64,000 nucleotides of DNA from Epiperipatus broadwayi. Lineage: Eukaryota; Animalia; Onychophora. Shown piece by piece: positions 25,330 through 38,519 of the stretch. Made by a program: the position numbers and the translations under genes. Positions within the stretch are counted from its first letter, which is position 1, and each line of letters opens with the position of its first letter. Location of the stretch: the NCBI GenBank assembly GCA_028023455.1, contig JAQFVV010000007.1:11036001-11100000 (forward strand), in the 5' to 3' direction. Below the pieces are notes generated by a model, which saw only the letters and a list, made by a program, of their open reading frames with translations, was not told the DNA's origin and searched no databases.

Positions 25330-26110
25330 GGGGTTTTCAGTAAGCTGATGATTATGTTAATGTTTTCCAGTGATGATTTAAAAAATATAATTAATGTTTT
25401 GAATATAGCAAAGATTTTGGTTTATTAATTAATGTTAAAAAAAACTCAATTTCTTTATGAGCCAGTGAGGGAAGAAAAATAATAACATTTAACTGGGTTG
25501 ATTATCCAAACTAAAAATGCAACCTAGTTTACATATCTTGGTAATTTTATAAATACAAAGAGAGACTTAAATGTTGAAGTATAACAGACTGTAATAAGCT
25601 TCTGCTTTTAACAAGTTAAAAGATGGAATAGATCATGACAGAGAAATAACTATTGCAACTATATTAATTTGATGCTGTTATTTTACTTATTTATTTATGA
25701 TAATAAGATTTGGACTTCCTGTTGATGCAACATAAAATCATTAAATAAATTTCATTTAAGTTGGCATATAAAATGTCAAAAATACAATGGCAAGATTGTA
25801 AACCTCTTAATATTTTCTTTCAAATGCTAGATATGGCAGTATAAAATACATTATTACAAAAACACACATTTATTGGATTTGATATTCAAAATGAATAATC
25901 AATGCTGGACATTATATTAGGATGAATTTTGTGAAAGAAATAGATTGGATCTCTTTTATAAGGAATATCCCAAAGATTTTCTAAAGAAGGGCAGTGCCAA
26001 TTGTTTTCCATTCATAAGATTTAGAAGAAAGTAGAATTGGTTGAAAAATACAATTAGATATGGTGTTAAATTAGTTCAATAAAAAAACTTTCTGCCAAAG
26101 AAATTAAAGG
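25330..26110 (+). mobile_element. Old, heavily degenerate RTE-clade (BovB-like) LINE 3' half
   Basis: Remnant motifs appear in the RTE order: (Y)ADD (taagctgatgat), FTYLGNFI..DLNVEV, SAFNKL, IQWQD. Confidence 0.6.
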
Positions 26111-26209
26111 ACCCAATCTTTTTAAAATGTCAAGTAAACGGAAAAATTGACCAATATGTTCTTTCTCCTTTATTTCTTTTTTAAAGCTGGACAAACTCAT
26201 TTATGATTG

Positions 26210-26398
<189 letters not shown>

Positions 26399-26399
26399 G

Positions 26400-26600
26400 T
26401 AAAATATAGGGAATTTGAACTCAGACTTTCACATGATTCTCAACCACCCATGCTATCTCATACCGCTGATACACTTGATTTCAAACATGTTGAAAAGACA
26501 AACAATCACCAATATTTGTATTTCGTGCTAAACCAGCACTCGTCAGTTGGTCCAGATTATCATCTTCACACATATACACAATCAAAGCTCAGCTTATATT
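26400..26600 (+). mobile_element. Family A forward arm
   Basis: tatagggaatttgaactcagactttcac..gctaaaccagcactcgtcagttggtccagattatcatcttcacacatata. Confidence 0.8.
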
Positions 26601-26629
26601 AACTTAATTTTCATCAAAATACATTTGCC

Positions 26630-27760
26630 TATTGTACGTGTATGTTAAGACATAATAATCCTTAATAATTCGTTATTTTAATCTGCTATAAATTTATTAT
26701 AATATATTACGTTTAATTTATTGTAATATGAAATTACACACACACGTATATAAACACTAACAAAAATTTTTGCTATTGTTTTATCAATCTTCGAAATTCT
26801 GAGTGTGGATGTAACCCCAAACATATAACTTTCACTAATGCACTTCAACTAAAAGAAAATTGATTGAACAAGAAGTAAAAGCTTTCATGTTAATACTTAA
26901 TATTTTTCAGTTTTAATTAATTTTATGCGCAAAATCTTCATTTCATGACCTACCAATTTCTAATCACCATTTGGGAATACAAACAGAGAAAAAAAACTTG
27001 AGCTTTCAGAGGAGTAAAGATTATCCTTTTGCGGGTTTCTTTTCTTTTTTACTTTTGGCATTCTTACATTTTATTTTATGTGTTAAGATTAGAAAAACAG
27101 ATCAGGCTGATTGATGAAGAAACAATTTTAGTAACTAGGTGTTTGGTAATCTGATGCCTTTTGAGTACATGCTGCTTGAGGCGTGGGCTGATCAACTCTG
27201 CATTATGACCTGCTGAGAACAGTCAGAAAGGCTTAGAGCACTAAGAAAGCTGCCTTCAAAGAGGAACAGCTTTTTTAACTCTCTTGTTGCTTAGCAACTA
27301 ATCAGAAAGAATCTTGGTTAAGTGGCATCTTGAATGTCTGACTGATGCAAAATGCATTAACAGCGAAATCACAAGAAAGCTGTCATTTTTAGAACATATC
27401 ATATAAAACACTTTTTTCCGTATTAATTTTAAAAAGTCATTTTATTCTGCCATTTTAATTCAGTATATTGCAATTATTATTATTTTGTTAATTTATTTAT
27501 TTTCTGAGAGAAAAAAGAGACATCTGTGTGCATATTTTTTATTTATACAAAAACGCATCCCCAAATTAAAGTGCAACGTTATATAACATATTTTTATTCT
27601 GCCTAACTAGAAATAGATAAGAAAGCATTTATTACTGTATTCTAATCGAATTTTAGGTAGAATTGGAAACATAAGTATGCACCATTGGCCAAATTAATAT
27701 ACATAGTAAGTTGAAAAGTCACTATAAGCTATAGCCATATATCCTGTTCACGTTTGTGTG
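26630..27760. promoter_or_regulatory. CpG-retaining, complex non-coding segment with RFX X-box-like site
   Basis: About 14 CpGs in 1.1 kb, well above the surrounding DNA. GTTGCTTAGCAAC at 27286-27298 fits the RFX palindromic motif GTTGCY(N)RGCAAC. Confidence 0.4.
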
Positions 27761-28629
27761 AATGTAAATATGCAGATGGAAAGTTCAGGTGGTTGATACT
27801 TCAGCTTACCAGAAGATTGAAAATTTGTTTGAAAAATGCATCCATAGTGAGAGAGAATGGGCTGAGAGTCTAAAATAGTTGAATAATTATGATATTGTAA
27901 AGCTGAGATGAGAAAGGCCATGATAATTAATCAAAAACTATGGTGAAGTGATTGGTTACCCAGAAAGCAATCCCTACTCTGTGTGAGAAGAATAGGTAAT
28001 GAAAGATATTCAACTGCTAATATATATATATTTAGACAATTGGTACCCCTATATCATCTGTTGAGGAATATTTTTTTTTTCATTAAGTGCATGCATGATG
28101 AAGGGTTGGTCTGGATTTCTGTGCTGTTAGATGATTTTTTGGATAAAAAATAAAAAGTTTTTAATTTGGACTGTTAGTTTTATGGTATAAAAAAATTAGA
28201 AAATGGCTGCTAGAAAAAAGTTCATTAAATCAAAATAAAGCAAATTACCCCCTCAAAAATTTCAAAAAGCTCATCACTGATAAAACTCAAAATGTAAAAA
28301 CTAATCTGGGGATATTTGAATAGAATGGCATTAGTTATGAATTTATAAGTACTAGGAATGCTGAATAAGAAATGCTTCAAATAACCATTTTAGTATATTA
28401 TGCTGAGCAGCTTGCAATATTTTAATCATGATATCGTACTTGCTATGAGCATGATATCAAGATTATAGTATTTAAGATGGCTCAGCATAATATAATAAAA
28501 TGGTTATTTTAAGCTTATCTAACTCTGGATTCCTTGTGCTCTCATCAATTACAATTGCATACAAAAAATTAACTAACACATATAGAATGTAAATATTTGA
28601 AATACACGCACACTTCACATAACTGGAGG

Positions 28630-28801
28630 CAAATTGTAAATATAGGGGATTTGAACTTGGACATTCAAACACCCTTTCCCTATCCATACTATCTAATACC
28701 ACTGATACACATGACCACATACATGTAGAAAAGAAAGATTCACCATTATAGATATTTTGTGCTAAACCAGCACTCATCAGCTGTCCCAGATTAACATCTC
28801 C

Positions 28802-28837
<36 letters not shown>

Positions 28838-29250
28838 ATCAGTGCTCAGTTTATATTAAGATAGCAAACTTTTATACTTCAATGGACAGGCATCAGTCCA
28901 CTCCAAACTATATTCTACCACCATCCATACCATTGAAAACTGATGATGGAAACACCAAATCCCATGATAAGGCCAGTATTACAGCCATGTCCATGAGAGG
29001 TCAGAATGACATGAGGTTAACATGGGTATGGCAATAATATTGGTATCGGCATGGAATTTGGGCTTTCCACCATCAGATATTCAATGGTATGGATGGCTAT
29101 AGAGTTGGAGTGGATTGAAGCCTGTCCATTGAAGTATGAATGTTTGCTATCTTAATATAAACTGAGCACTGACTATATATATGTATGTGGGAGATGATAA
29201 TCTGGTCCAACTGCTGAGTGCTGGTTTAGCACAAAATATGTATAATGGTT
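28630..29250. mobile_element. Family A fold-back element, long form (left arm ~370 bp; right arm truncated at ~29250)
   Basis: ..cagtgctcagtttatattaagatagcaaac..ccataccattgaaaactgatgatggaaa is mirrored by tttccaccatcagatattcaatggtatgg..tttgctatcttaatataaactgagcactg. Confidence 0.87.
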
Positions 29251-29679
29251 TTAAAAGTTAGTTCTTGTAACCTTTTCTAATAGCTAGAATAAAACGTTAT
29301 TTGTAGTAAATGCCTCATTGTGTACAAAAACAGAGATAATTTAAATAACCATCATTTATTGTGTTACTCTTCACTTTCTATTTTAATTTATAAGATATTT
29401 TCATACATTTGCTGTGAAAAGTTTTGAAAACATAGGAGTTATCTTGCTATAAAATCTTAACAGTATTAATCTTTTTAATATTTCAATTATTGATGTTGCA
29501 TTTTGATAAATATTCTTCAGAATTTAGAAGTATTGTGAATTTAGAAGAAATATTTAAGGAATGCAAAATCTCTAATTATTTATCTAAATTATGTAATATT
29601 TGGATGTTGTTTATAGTTCTACAAACAACTTTTAAATTAAATCCATCCTTTTCTAATGATTGGCCATAAGTCAAGAGTT

Positions 29680-30150
<471 letters not shown>

Positions 30151-30151
30151 T

Positions 30152-30250
30152 TATTAAAAACCAGCCTATACTTAGACAAGCCCAATATAGATAGCAATCA
30201 ACAATCACAAGTTGTTGTCAAGGCAACCCTCTTTTAACAATAAAGGTGGT
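30152..30250 (+). repeat. Family C copy
   Basis: attaaaaaccagcctatacttagacaagcccaatatag..gttgttgtcaaggcaaccctcttttaacaataaagg. Confidence 0.75.
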
Positions 30251-30369
30251 ATGTGTGCATGCAGTTCATGTGTGTGTTTGAGAGACATGTATACAAAATA
30301 CCATATTAAAAATAGATCACTAAACTCACAGCTTTAACTCTTTCAAAATTGAACTTCACTTTTTTTATT

Positions 30370-31545
30370 TGAAAATGACCTAGTGAGAACTTTCCTCCAT
30401 ATTTGAATGTTTTAGTTTTACATTTAAACTTTCTACAATCTTTCAAATGATAGATATTCTAAAAGCTAATATTTCAAAATATGACAATATCCAGGATCTA
30501 TACCTTGGCCAATGCTTTAATCATTGAAGAAATATTTATAGAATCAAATGCCTTTTCATAATCTACAAATCCAAAACATAATGGCAACTCATATTCATTT
30601 GTCCTTTATGTAACTTCTCTCAACTGGATATGATCTACTGTACTAAAATCATATATCCAGCATGTTCTCTTGGTTGGTGAAAAGCCAATGTTCTCTGTAG
30701 ACAAGTTGTAATTATCTTAGTAAAAATTTTGTATAAAACTGATAAAAGACTGATAGGTCTGTAATTTGAAATATCTTCTATATCATCTTTTTTAAATATT
30801 AATATTAATGCTGCATTCTTCCAATCATCTGGTACATCTTTAGCATTTAGACATTTGGTATATAACTTTGCTAAAAAAAATTATATTTCTTCTTCTGCTT
30901 CTTTTAATATATCAATTATAATTCCTTCATTACCTGGAGCCTTTCCTTTCTTGATACATTTAATTGCATGACTCACTTCTTCAATTAAATTTCTGGGCCA
31001 TTCAGAAGTTATAATAGATATAGGAGGAACTTGATCTTTATTACTATATATTTCTTGATAGAAGTCTTCTACTCATTTCATGAGGTCATCTCTCTTTTTA
31101 GTAATAATTCCATCTTTTTTTCTTGTTGCAGATATAAATTTCTTACCAATACCAAAATGTTGTTTTACACATTTAAGACTTTTATTATCTTCTACAGCTT
31201 TCCTTGCTAATTCACAGTTATACTTTCCTATATCATTTTTAACTCTTTTCCACACCATTTTACAAAATTCGAGATATTCAATTCTTTTTAATGCATCATT
31301 TTTGTATATCTTTATATTCCTTCTTTTTTTCACACATTCTCTAGTTTCAGTAGAAATTTTATTGGTCAATTGCTGTTTTTTTCTACCAGCTATCTTTGTT
31401 GCAGTTTTTAAAAGTGTCTCAGTTATTTTCATATTAATTTCATTCCATTCTGAATCATGTTCAAAATCCACTAGTACTTGAAACTGATTTGTAAGTTCTA
31501 ATTTAAATTGAGGACCCAGGCTGCCATTTGATGACAACTTTTTAT
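30370..31545 (-). mobile_element. RTE-clade LINE, linker + N-terminal RT half (disrupted)
   Basis: QFKLELTNQFQVL..KISTET (ORF 31073-31576), then KAPGNEGI, DWKNAALILIFKKDDIEDISNYRPISLLSVLYKIFTKII, FGFVDYEKAFDSI. Confidence 0.92.
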
Positions 31546-31546
31546 T

Positions 31547-32400
31547 TAGATACTTACAACTGCAGATCACATTCAAGTGAAGGAAGATTGCAAGAATTAA
31601 AAGAAGAATTGTCTTATATTAAATGGGACATTATTGGACTTTGTGAAGTTAGAAGAAAAGGTGAAGAGACAATTGATTTAAAAAGTGGACATGTACTCTA
31701 TTATAAAGGCACAAATATTGGAAATACAAGTGGAGTAGGATTCATTATAAATAAAAAGGAACAGCATTGTGGAGATTGATGGTGTATTGAACAGAGTGGC
31801 ACGTTTAGTTGTACAACTTAATAGAAGATACCAAATGTAGATAATTCATGTTTGTGCCCTAACAAGTTCTCATAGTGAAGAAGTAGTAGATGATTTTTAT
31901 ATGGATGTACAAAAGGCTTTGGATCAGAGTAAACAATATTTTAAAATTGTTATGGGAGACTTTAATGCTAGAATTGGTAAACAAATAAAAGTGCTGTAGG
32001 TAAATTTGATTATGGTAATAGAAATGAGAAAGGACATAGTCTTGTGGAGTTTGCAGGGAAAAAAAACCTTTATATTATGAATTCTTTTTTTGAGAAAAAT
32101 GTTAAAATAAAATGGACAAGGAAGCATCCAAATGAAGGTACAGCAGAATTGGATTATATTTTGACTAACAGAAAATACATATTTCAAGATTGTAATGTTC
32201 TTAATTAATTTAATACAGGAAGTGATCATTGATTATTAAGATATAAGATATATAACAAAGCAAAACTCTCCATATAGTAGTGCCATCTTGTGCTAACAAG
32301 ATGTTTAGTGATATAAGATACATGTTAATGCAAAACTAGAGAGACAAAAATTATTATGAAAAACAATATTTACATTTGATAATATATTTACATGTGTTAA
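31547..32400 (+). mobile_element. RTE-clade LINE, APE endonuclease half (inverted relative to the RT half)
   Basis: TYNCRSHSSEGRLQELKEELSYIKWDIIGLCEVRRKG, IVMGDFNARIG, ELDYILT, GSDH, LERQKLL. Contains stops and frameshifts. Confidence 0.92.
32253..32320 (+). mobile_element. Short family B fragment inserted in the RTE
   Basis: aaagcaaaactctccatatagtagtgccatcttgtgctaacaag is essentially identical to 62676-62720. Confidence 0.75.
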
Positions 32401-33103
32401 CCTAAGATTAAGATTACCCCTCAGTCCATCATAATAAACATAAGTGCAAATTTGATCCTAATATATAATTGAATAAATAATCTATCAGAAGAGGTGGATA
32501 TATAGTGAATAAATTACTTGATATTTTTTGCCTTTTATTGGCATATTTTGCAAAATTATTTCATACAAGTGAAAATATTTATTAATATAGTGTAATAATC
32601 AGCTTATTTACATTTAGATTATTAAAATTTATTTTAATTAGTTTAGGTGTTACGTGACCTTAAACTTTAGGAAAAAGACCAGCCTATATACATATTGTAA
32701 TGGTCAAGATGAGCAGACAACAGCAAAATAACTGCTAGAGTAATTTAACCCACCACAACTCATTCCAATACCACACAATATTTTATTTTATTTGGCTTGG
32801 TGATCAGGGAGAGGGAGAGACTTTTATTGTTATTATATGATTTCCCAGTGGCAAACAAGACACTCAATGCAATATAAATATATGTGAAATTACAAACACT
32901 TTATTACTAATACATTACAAAAAAAGAGATAACTATCACTTAATTGTTGCTAGACTCATTGGAGATAGTGGAAATTATATTACATAGTGATTACATATGT
33001 CAAAAGTTTCAATGCCATTTAATTTGTGATTGTATATATGCAAGGAATTTCCATACACACAAATATATATTTTGGATAGTACATTTGATTATCTCTAATG
33101 CAG

Positions 33104-33142
33104 ATATTCTTTAAGCAGGCACTTGACCCTAAGTGAAGAAGA
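33104..33142 (+). CDS. Candidate 39-nt exon (YSLSRHLTLSEE), phase 2-2
   Basis: atctCTAATgcAG acceptor and ga|GTAAGT donor, with one open frame. No homology recognised. Confidence 0.25.
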
Positions 33143-33563
33143 GTAAGTTTAATTAACTCTAGAAAATATGGTTAAATAGATAAATAGTAAAGCTTTCATG
33201 TTCATGACCCATCAATGCTGAAATATCAGGTTTTAACATATATAATAAAGGAAGGCAATACTGAGTTGCTACAGTAATAAACAATCCAATAACAAGGTAG
33301 AATAGAATATAGTCTCTATGAAATAAATGGATCATGATAGGAAGGAATGAGCATCTTCCCCATAAACATCAATATATCTCACCAACAGGCAGGAATGATT
33401 GACTACCCAATTAGTGATATAAAATAAAGGCCCACTAGGTCTAAAGTAAGATGAATATTCCTGAATTTGAGTGTATTTTATTCAAAAAAGGCCTGGCAAA
33501 ATAATTTTCTCTAAAGCAGGGAAGTGCATCTGCTGGAGGAATGACATACAATAAACATGATGC

Positions 33564-33580
33564 TAGATAACCCAGTAATA

Positions 33581-33618
<38 letters not shown>

Positions 33619-33635
33619 TATTACTGGGTTATCTA
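33564..33635. repeat. Perfect 23-bp inverted arms around (TA)n
   Basis: tagataacccagtaataccaata-(TA)n-tattggtattactgggttatcta. Confidence 0.95.
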
Positions 33636-33836
33636 TATATATATATATATATAATAACAAGTATTTGGCTTTAAATTTAAATATATATAAATAAAATGTG
33701 AACAGTCATGTCATAAGATTACAATATGTGAATGCCTATTACATTATGCTAAATCAGCGCCTACACAGTTATATCTTTAAAAAATTTTGCCAATAAAATC
33801 ATTCCTTGTTTAATTAGAGATCTGCCTTATAAGACT

Positions 33837-34410
33837 TATCATCATCATCATCATTATCAACCATTATCAATCCACTGCAGGATGAAGGTCTCTCCAAGTT
33901 TAATCCATCTTCTCTGATCTTTAGCTTTTCTTCTCCACATCACTCACCCCTGCACACTTTCTTATTTCATCCATCCATCTCACTTTTACAATGTCTTGGA
34001 ATCCAGTTTAAAATTTCAATTGTCCATCTATTATCATCTCTTCTAACAATATGTCCAGCCCAACTCCACTTCAATCTTTTAATTTTTTCAATGAGGTCAG
34101 TAACACCTGTTTGTTCTCTTATCCATACATTGCGTTTACGATCTCTTCTTGTTACTCCCAACATACATTTCTCCATACTTCTTTGAGTGGTCTGAAGTCT
34201 CTGAATTGCTCTTCTATTAAGTGTCCAAGTCTCAGATACATAAGTAAGAACTGGTAAAACACATTTGTTAAAAACTTTCCTTTTCAAACGCATAGGCATA
34301 TTTCCTTTTAGTATCAAGTTATTTCTACCAAAAGCACTCCAACCAAGTTTAATTCTACGATTAATTTCCTCCATATGTTTCCATCTATATTAATAATCTG
34401 ACCAAGGTAT
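33837..34410 (-). mobile_element. 5'-truncated RTE LINE 3' end with (GAT)n tail
   Basis: ORF EEINRRIKLGWSAFG..VLPVLTYVSETWTL..LKWSWAGHIVRRDDNRWT. The 3' UTR ggagaccttcatcctgcagtgg is followed by a tgatgatgat tail. Confidence 0.93.
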
Positions 34411-36139
34411 TTTTTATATATTAATAATTATTGATATGATAGCCTACAATGATAGTATATTAAATTACATAAAAGTTTTATAAAATTAAACTATCGTATC
34501 TTCAGTATACACATATATTTTCTATTTTAAAATAGAAAACAAAGTTTTTAACTTCAAACATTAAATTTTATTTTAAAACTTAAAGTTATTTACAAATCAC
34601 CTATACACACTATACATTTATAATTGCCCCTTCCCAAAACAGAAAATAAATTTTTAACTTATATCTTATTAACACTGATCTTAATTTTAAATTTGAAAGA
34701 TTTATATAACCCATTATACTTGTGATAATGACTAAATGACATTTTTTTAAAAATAACAGATATTAAATAGGCAAGTTTAAAATAGCAAACAAAAAAAAAA
34801 CAATTTAGAATCCATGAGAGGAGGGATTTAAATAGCTTGATTTGACAGAATTATTGGACTATTAAATGTTTTAGTCACTGAAATATATTTGCTAATTTTA
34901 CCTCCTTCATCTGAGTCTTAAACAATAAAGATTTAAGAAAGACTGAATATATTACAATAGTTGATCTTCCTTAGTATGTACTATTAATTAAGCGTGTGTT
35001 ATAATACAATAAAAAACATATTTTAATACTACAATAAGAATATTTTATATAATACTAAAGAAAACAGGTTTCAAAAAAACAATTAATAAATGAATTATTT
35101 AAGCAAAGAAACCAGAATATTAAAGAGGTTTTTTTTACTGGTATATTGAAATTTATAAGTTAAAATAAATCATTATTTTTACAGACCTTCATGAAGGATT
35201 TTGACCTACAGTAGAAACACTGCCGAACCTCATGGTATAGTTCTTTGGTCCTATGGGGTAGTGCTCGTGGATATTGGCTAGATAGCACTTGGTGACATTA
35301 TATACTGGGTGGGTGCTTTCTTTTGATGCTAATAGCATAATAAGTCAGCAAACTTGAATCATCATTTGTAGGCAGGGACTTTAGCAACATCGCATTTTAT
35401 AAGTACTGTGGGACTCCACAAACTCAAGCTCCTTAGAGATGCTCAGAGAAATCCAGGTGCCCTACTGACTCATCATAGTGTGATATAATCTATAAAAGCT
35501 TAGAGATTCTTTAGAAGTAAAACTTTTTCTTCTCTGCCCCACTATATATCCTTCAAAAATAAAGGCATCTGAATGTTTTCCAAATTGATTAATTAATTTT
35601 AAAACTTAGAGAAAGTTTTTTTTTTTATTATTTAAAAAAATCTTCTTGATCACAATCTTGATCTAGTTTAATTTTAAAATTTTACTAATTGCATTTTTTT
35701 AAATTAAATTCTCAATAGCTTTTGTTTTTTATTTAAACTCTTATGGTAATTATATATTTCTTGTCACCTTTTACCATAATGACAATGATACACTATAATA
35801 TAAATTTAAAAATTAGATTTTAATTTATACATTCTTTTGAACATCAGTGGATTCTAATTAATTAGTTAAATTTTCTTTGTTGACTTGAACCCTCTTTATT
35901 CCCATATAACAATATTAAATCTTGTAATAAAATTAAATTTCCTAAAAAAATTTTTTAAATATATATTATTATTTTTAAAATGTCTTAGTATTATAACTTT
36001 ATGGCAACAATATATACATGAACACACATATATGCATGTATATATATATATATATAACTGCTTCATATATATATATATATATAATTGGTAATTAAAACTA
36101 TTGTAATAACAATAAAACAATAATAAATATAATGGAAAT

Positions 36140-36210
36140 AAGTTAAAAGTACTTCTGCAGATTGAAAGACGGTATATAATAGCTAATTATCATTATAGTT
36201 ATTATTTTTA
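36140..36210 (+). mobile_element. Short remnant of the PLE 3' tail
   Basis: aaagtacttctgcagattgaaagacggtatataatag..attatcattata matches 10110-10170 and 18950-19010. Confidence 0.6.
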
Positions 36211-36482
36211 ATGTTTATATATATATCTAAATTAGATTTGAAATTATTGTCTTTAATATGTAACAATAATTATTATACAGTCACTATTTGCAATACCTGG
36301 CTAGATCATGTAGAATGTAAGTTACTTCAGATGAAATGAACATGTAATAGATACACATGGTGGACAATATCATATTTAATAGAATCAACACATTTATTTA
36401 AATGAATAAAACAATAGCTCATTTATAAAGTATCAAAATTGTCAGATAAGATATAATGTTCTTTTCCTAAATATAATTACAG

Positions 36483-36591
36483 TCCAGGTTCTATCAGAAG
36501 AATTTGTAATGATTGCTTTAAAAAGCCACTTCTCCCAATGTTAACTTTTAGTTTACCCACTTGGTGGAAAACAATTGCTAAAATAGACAAG
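36483..36591 (+). CDS. Candidate 109-nt exon (PGSIRRICNDCFKKPLLPMLTFSLPTWWKTIAKIDK), phase 2-0
   Basis: ttcttttcctaaatataattacAG acceptor, 36 open codons, aag|GT donor. Phase-compatible with 33104-33142. Confidence 0.25.
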
Positions 36592-38383
36592 GTTTATTTT
36601 GACTAAATGTAGAAACTAATCTTTCAATTAATACAAACATGGTTATATGATTGAGGACATAATCCCTGGTCTTTATTACACTCTGGATAGAGTCCTACAT
36701 ATGGTTGACTCTCTCAAATGCAAGACATTTATTTGTATTATTAGATTCATAGCATAGTCACACTAATATATTTGATATGAGATTATTTTAATAAATACAT
36801 GTTTTTTATTATTCTAGTAAGTGGACACATTAGGTTCAAATCCTAATTTAATAATAACTCAACTTAATTACAAAGATGGCACTTTGGATGCAATTCCAAA
36901 TTTATAAACAAAACCATGAATAAATCCACCATAATGTAACACTAGCCGGGTTCAAACCGTTACAAGAAAGTTACACAATATTCCCTAACTGCTTAGCTCA
37001 GCCTGAGTCTAATAAATTGGATTTAGCTGCGAGTGGAAAATATAAAGAATGAGATATATATGTCTAAGAGAGAAAGTTTGAAAGTTTTTTTTTTATTTAA
37101 AAAAAAAAAAGAGAAAGATATTTTCAATTATTTGTTTTAAAATAAATTCATGAAAATATGTTAATAAATTGTGAGAATGCAGTTATACGCAAATATATAA
37201 ATTTTCTTCTTGTATTATTAATTTATTTAAAATGTATACTTTTCTATTGTTTTATTGTATATCACATTTTAATAACAGTAACAAAAAGAACTTTTATATA
37301 TGTCTACATTGAGGCAATTTTGTCTTTTGTTACCTTACTTAGCCACTCAAAATTCCAAGGAATCAGAAGTAAATGCATGGCAGAAAAAGAAAAATGTTAA
37401 AAAAGCATTCCTAAGATATAGAGATCGAGATACTGATAAAGTATTTTGGGAACAAAAGAAATTGGAGAAATTAATTAGTTAAAAAGGAAAATCAGAACAA
37501 GCAAGAGTGATTTTTCGAACTGAAATATTAATATTTTCTTGTTGCTAAATTGACTGTTACAACTATGGATATAGTAACTTAGACCATTGCTACCATTAGA
37601 ATGCAGGAGTAGAAAAATACATGTAAAGGCCACTATCCTAAGCTCCAAAGATGTAGCTGTTTCTGTTAATTGCTTGCCCTCCAAGAACCATAGGTACCTC
37701 ATCAATATGCCGCTAAAACAATCCAGGCAGGAAAAAAATATCAAATTAAGTACACTCAGAATGCCTCCAGTAAGTCATCATTATTTCTTAGACTCAAATA
37801 CCACAAAATGGATGTTTGTGCAAATCTTTTGCTGTTGGCAAAAAATTTTTGTTTTGTTCTTTGACAGTATTCTTTGATAGTAAAAGGATATCTCAATTTC
37901 GTTTGGATTGTCAAAATCAAACTTACAGGGAAATCAACTTATTCCTATTAGAAATCCTGGGTACTTCAAGGTAACTATAACTAGTTTTATTTACCTAAAA
38001 GAACTGAAAATTGCTTATAGTTACTCTCCAAAAGTTCAGCCATTGTGTAAAATTATATATATTTTAATTTAAACATATAAATGCATTCCCTCATATGTGT
38101 TTAATTATGTTATCATTGATATATAAATGATATATATGGTTTTCTTTCACAATATTTAATTAGCCATAGTAATAAAATTATCTACTTACTTTAAAACAAA
38201 TTGTCTCTGTTTAATGAACATATTTATCGCTTATATTAGCCTAGTTTCATTCCTGGCAGAATATCAGAATAAGCAAGTATATTACACGTAATTTTAAATT
38301 CTAATACATAAGTTTATATATATGCATCTTAAGTTGTAAGGTATATAAAGCAGGGAAAGCTTGTTTCAACTACACAAATTTAG

Positions 38384-38519
38384 TCAGTCACCTCCATTCA
38401 ACCTGATGGGTATTATTACCTCCCAGCCATGGAGTTTGAGCTAGCTGAAAGGGTCAAGGACCTAATTAGTGATAGTTTTAAGATTTCTAAAAGGAGAAAG
38501 TATAATTCTTACAGTCTTA
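38384..38519 (+). CDS. Candidate exon (SVTSIQPDGYYYLPAMEFELAERVKDLISDSFKISKRRKYNSYSL)
   Basis: 45 open codons and a GTAAGA donor, but a weak acceptor. No homology recognised. Confidence 0.18.

Noticed and set aside
28472-28822. 116-aa ORF, and ORFs 12722-12916, 61920-62108
   Set aside because: These start in or overlap family A repeat sequence and have no domain.
35185-35510. GC-richer segment after a strong acceptor (ttattttttacAG)
   Set aside because: All three frames stop within 10 codons. Probably a decayed TE or UTR.
37300-37880. Overlapping ORFs 37158-37877
   Set aside because: Multiple stops and frame switches with no recognisable domain. Likely an ancient TE remnant of unassignable class.
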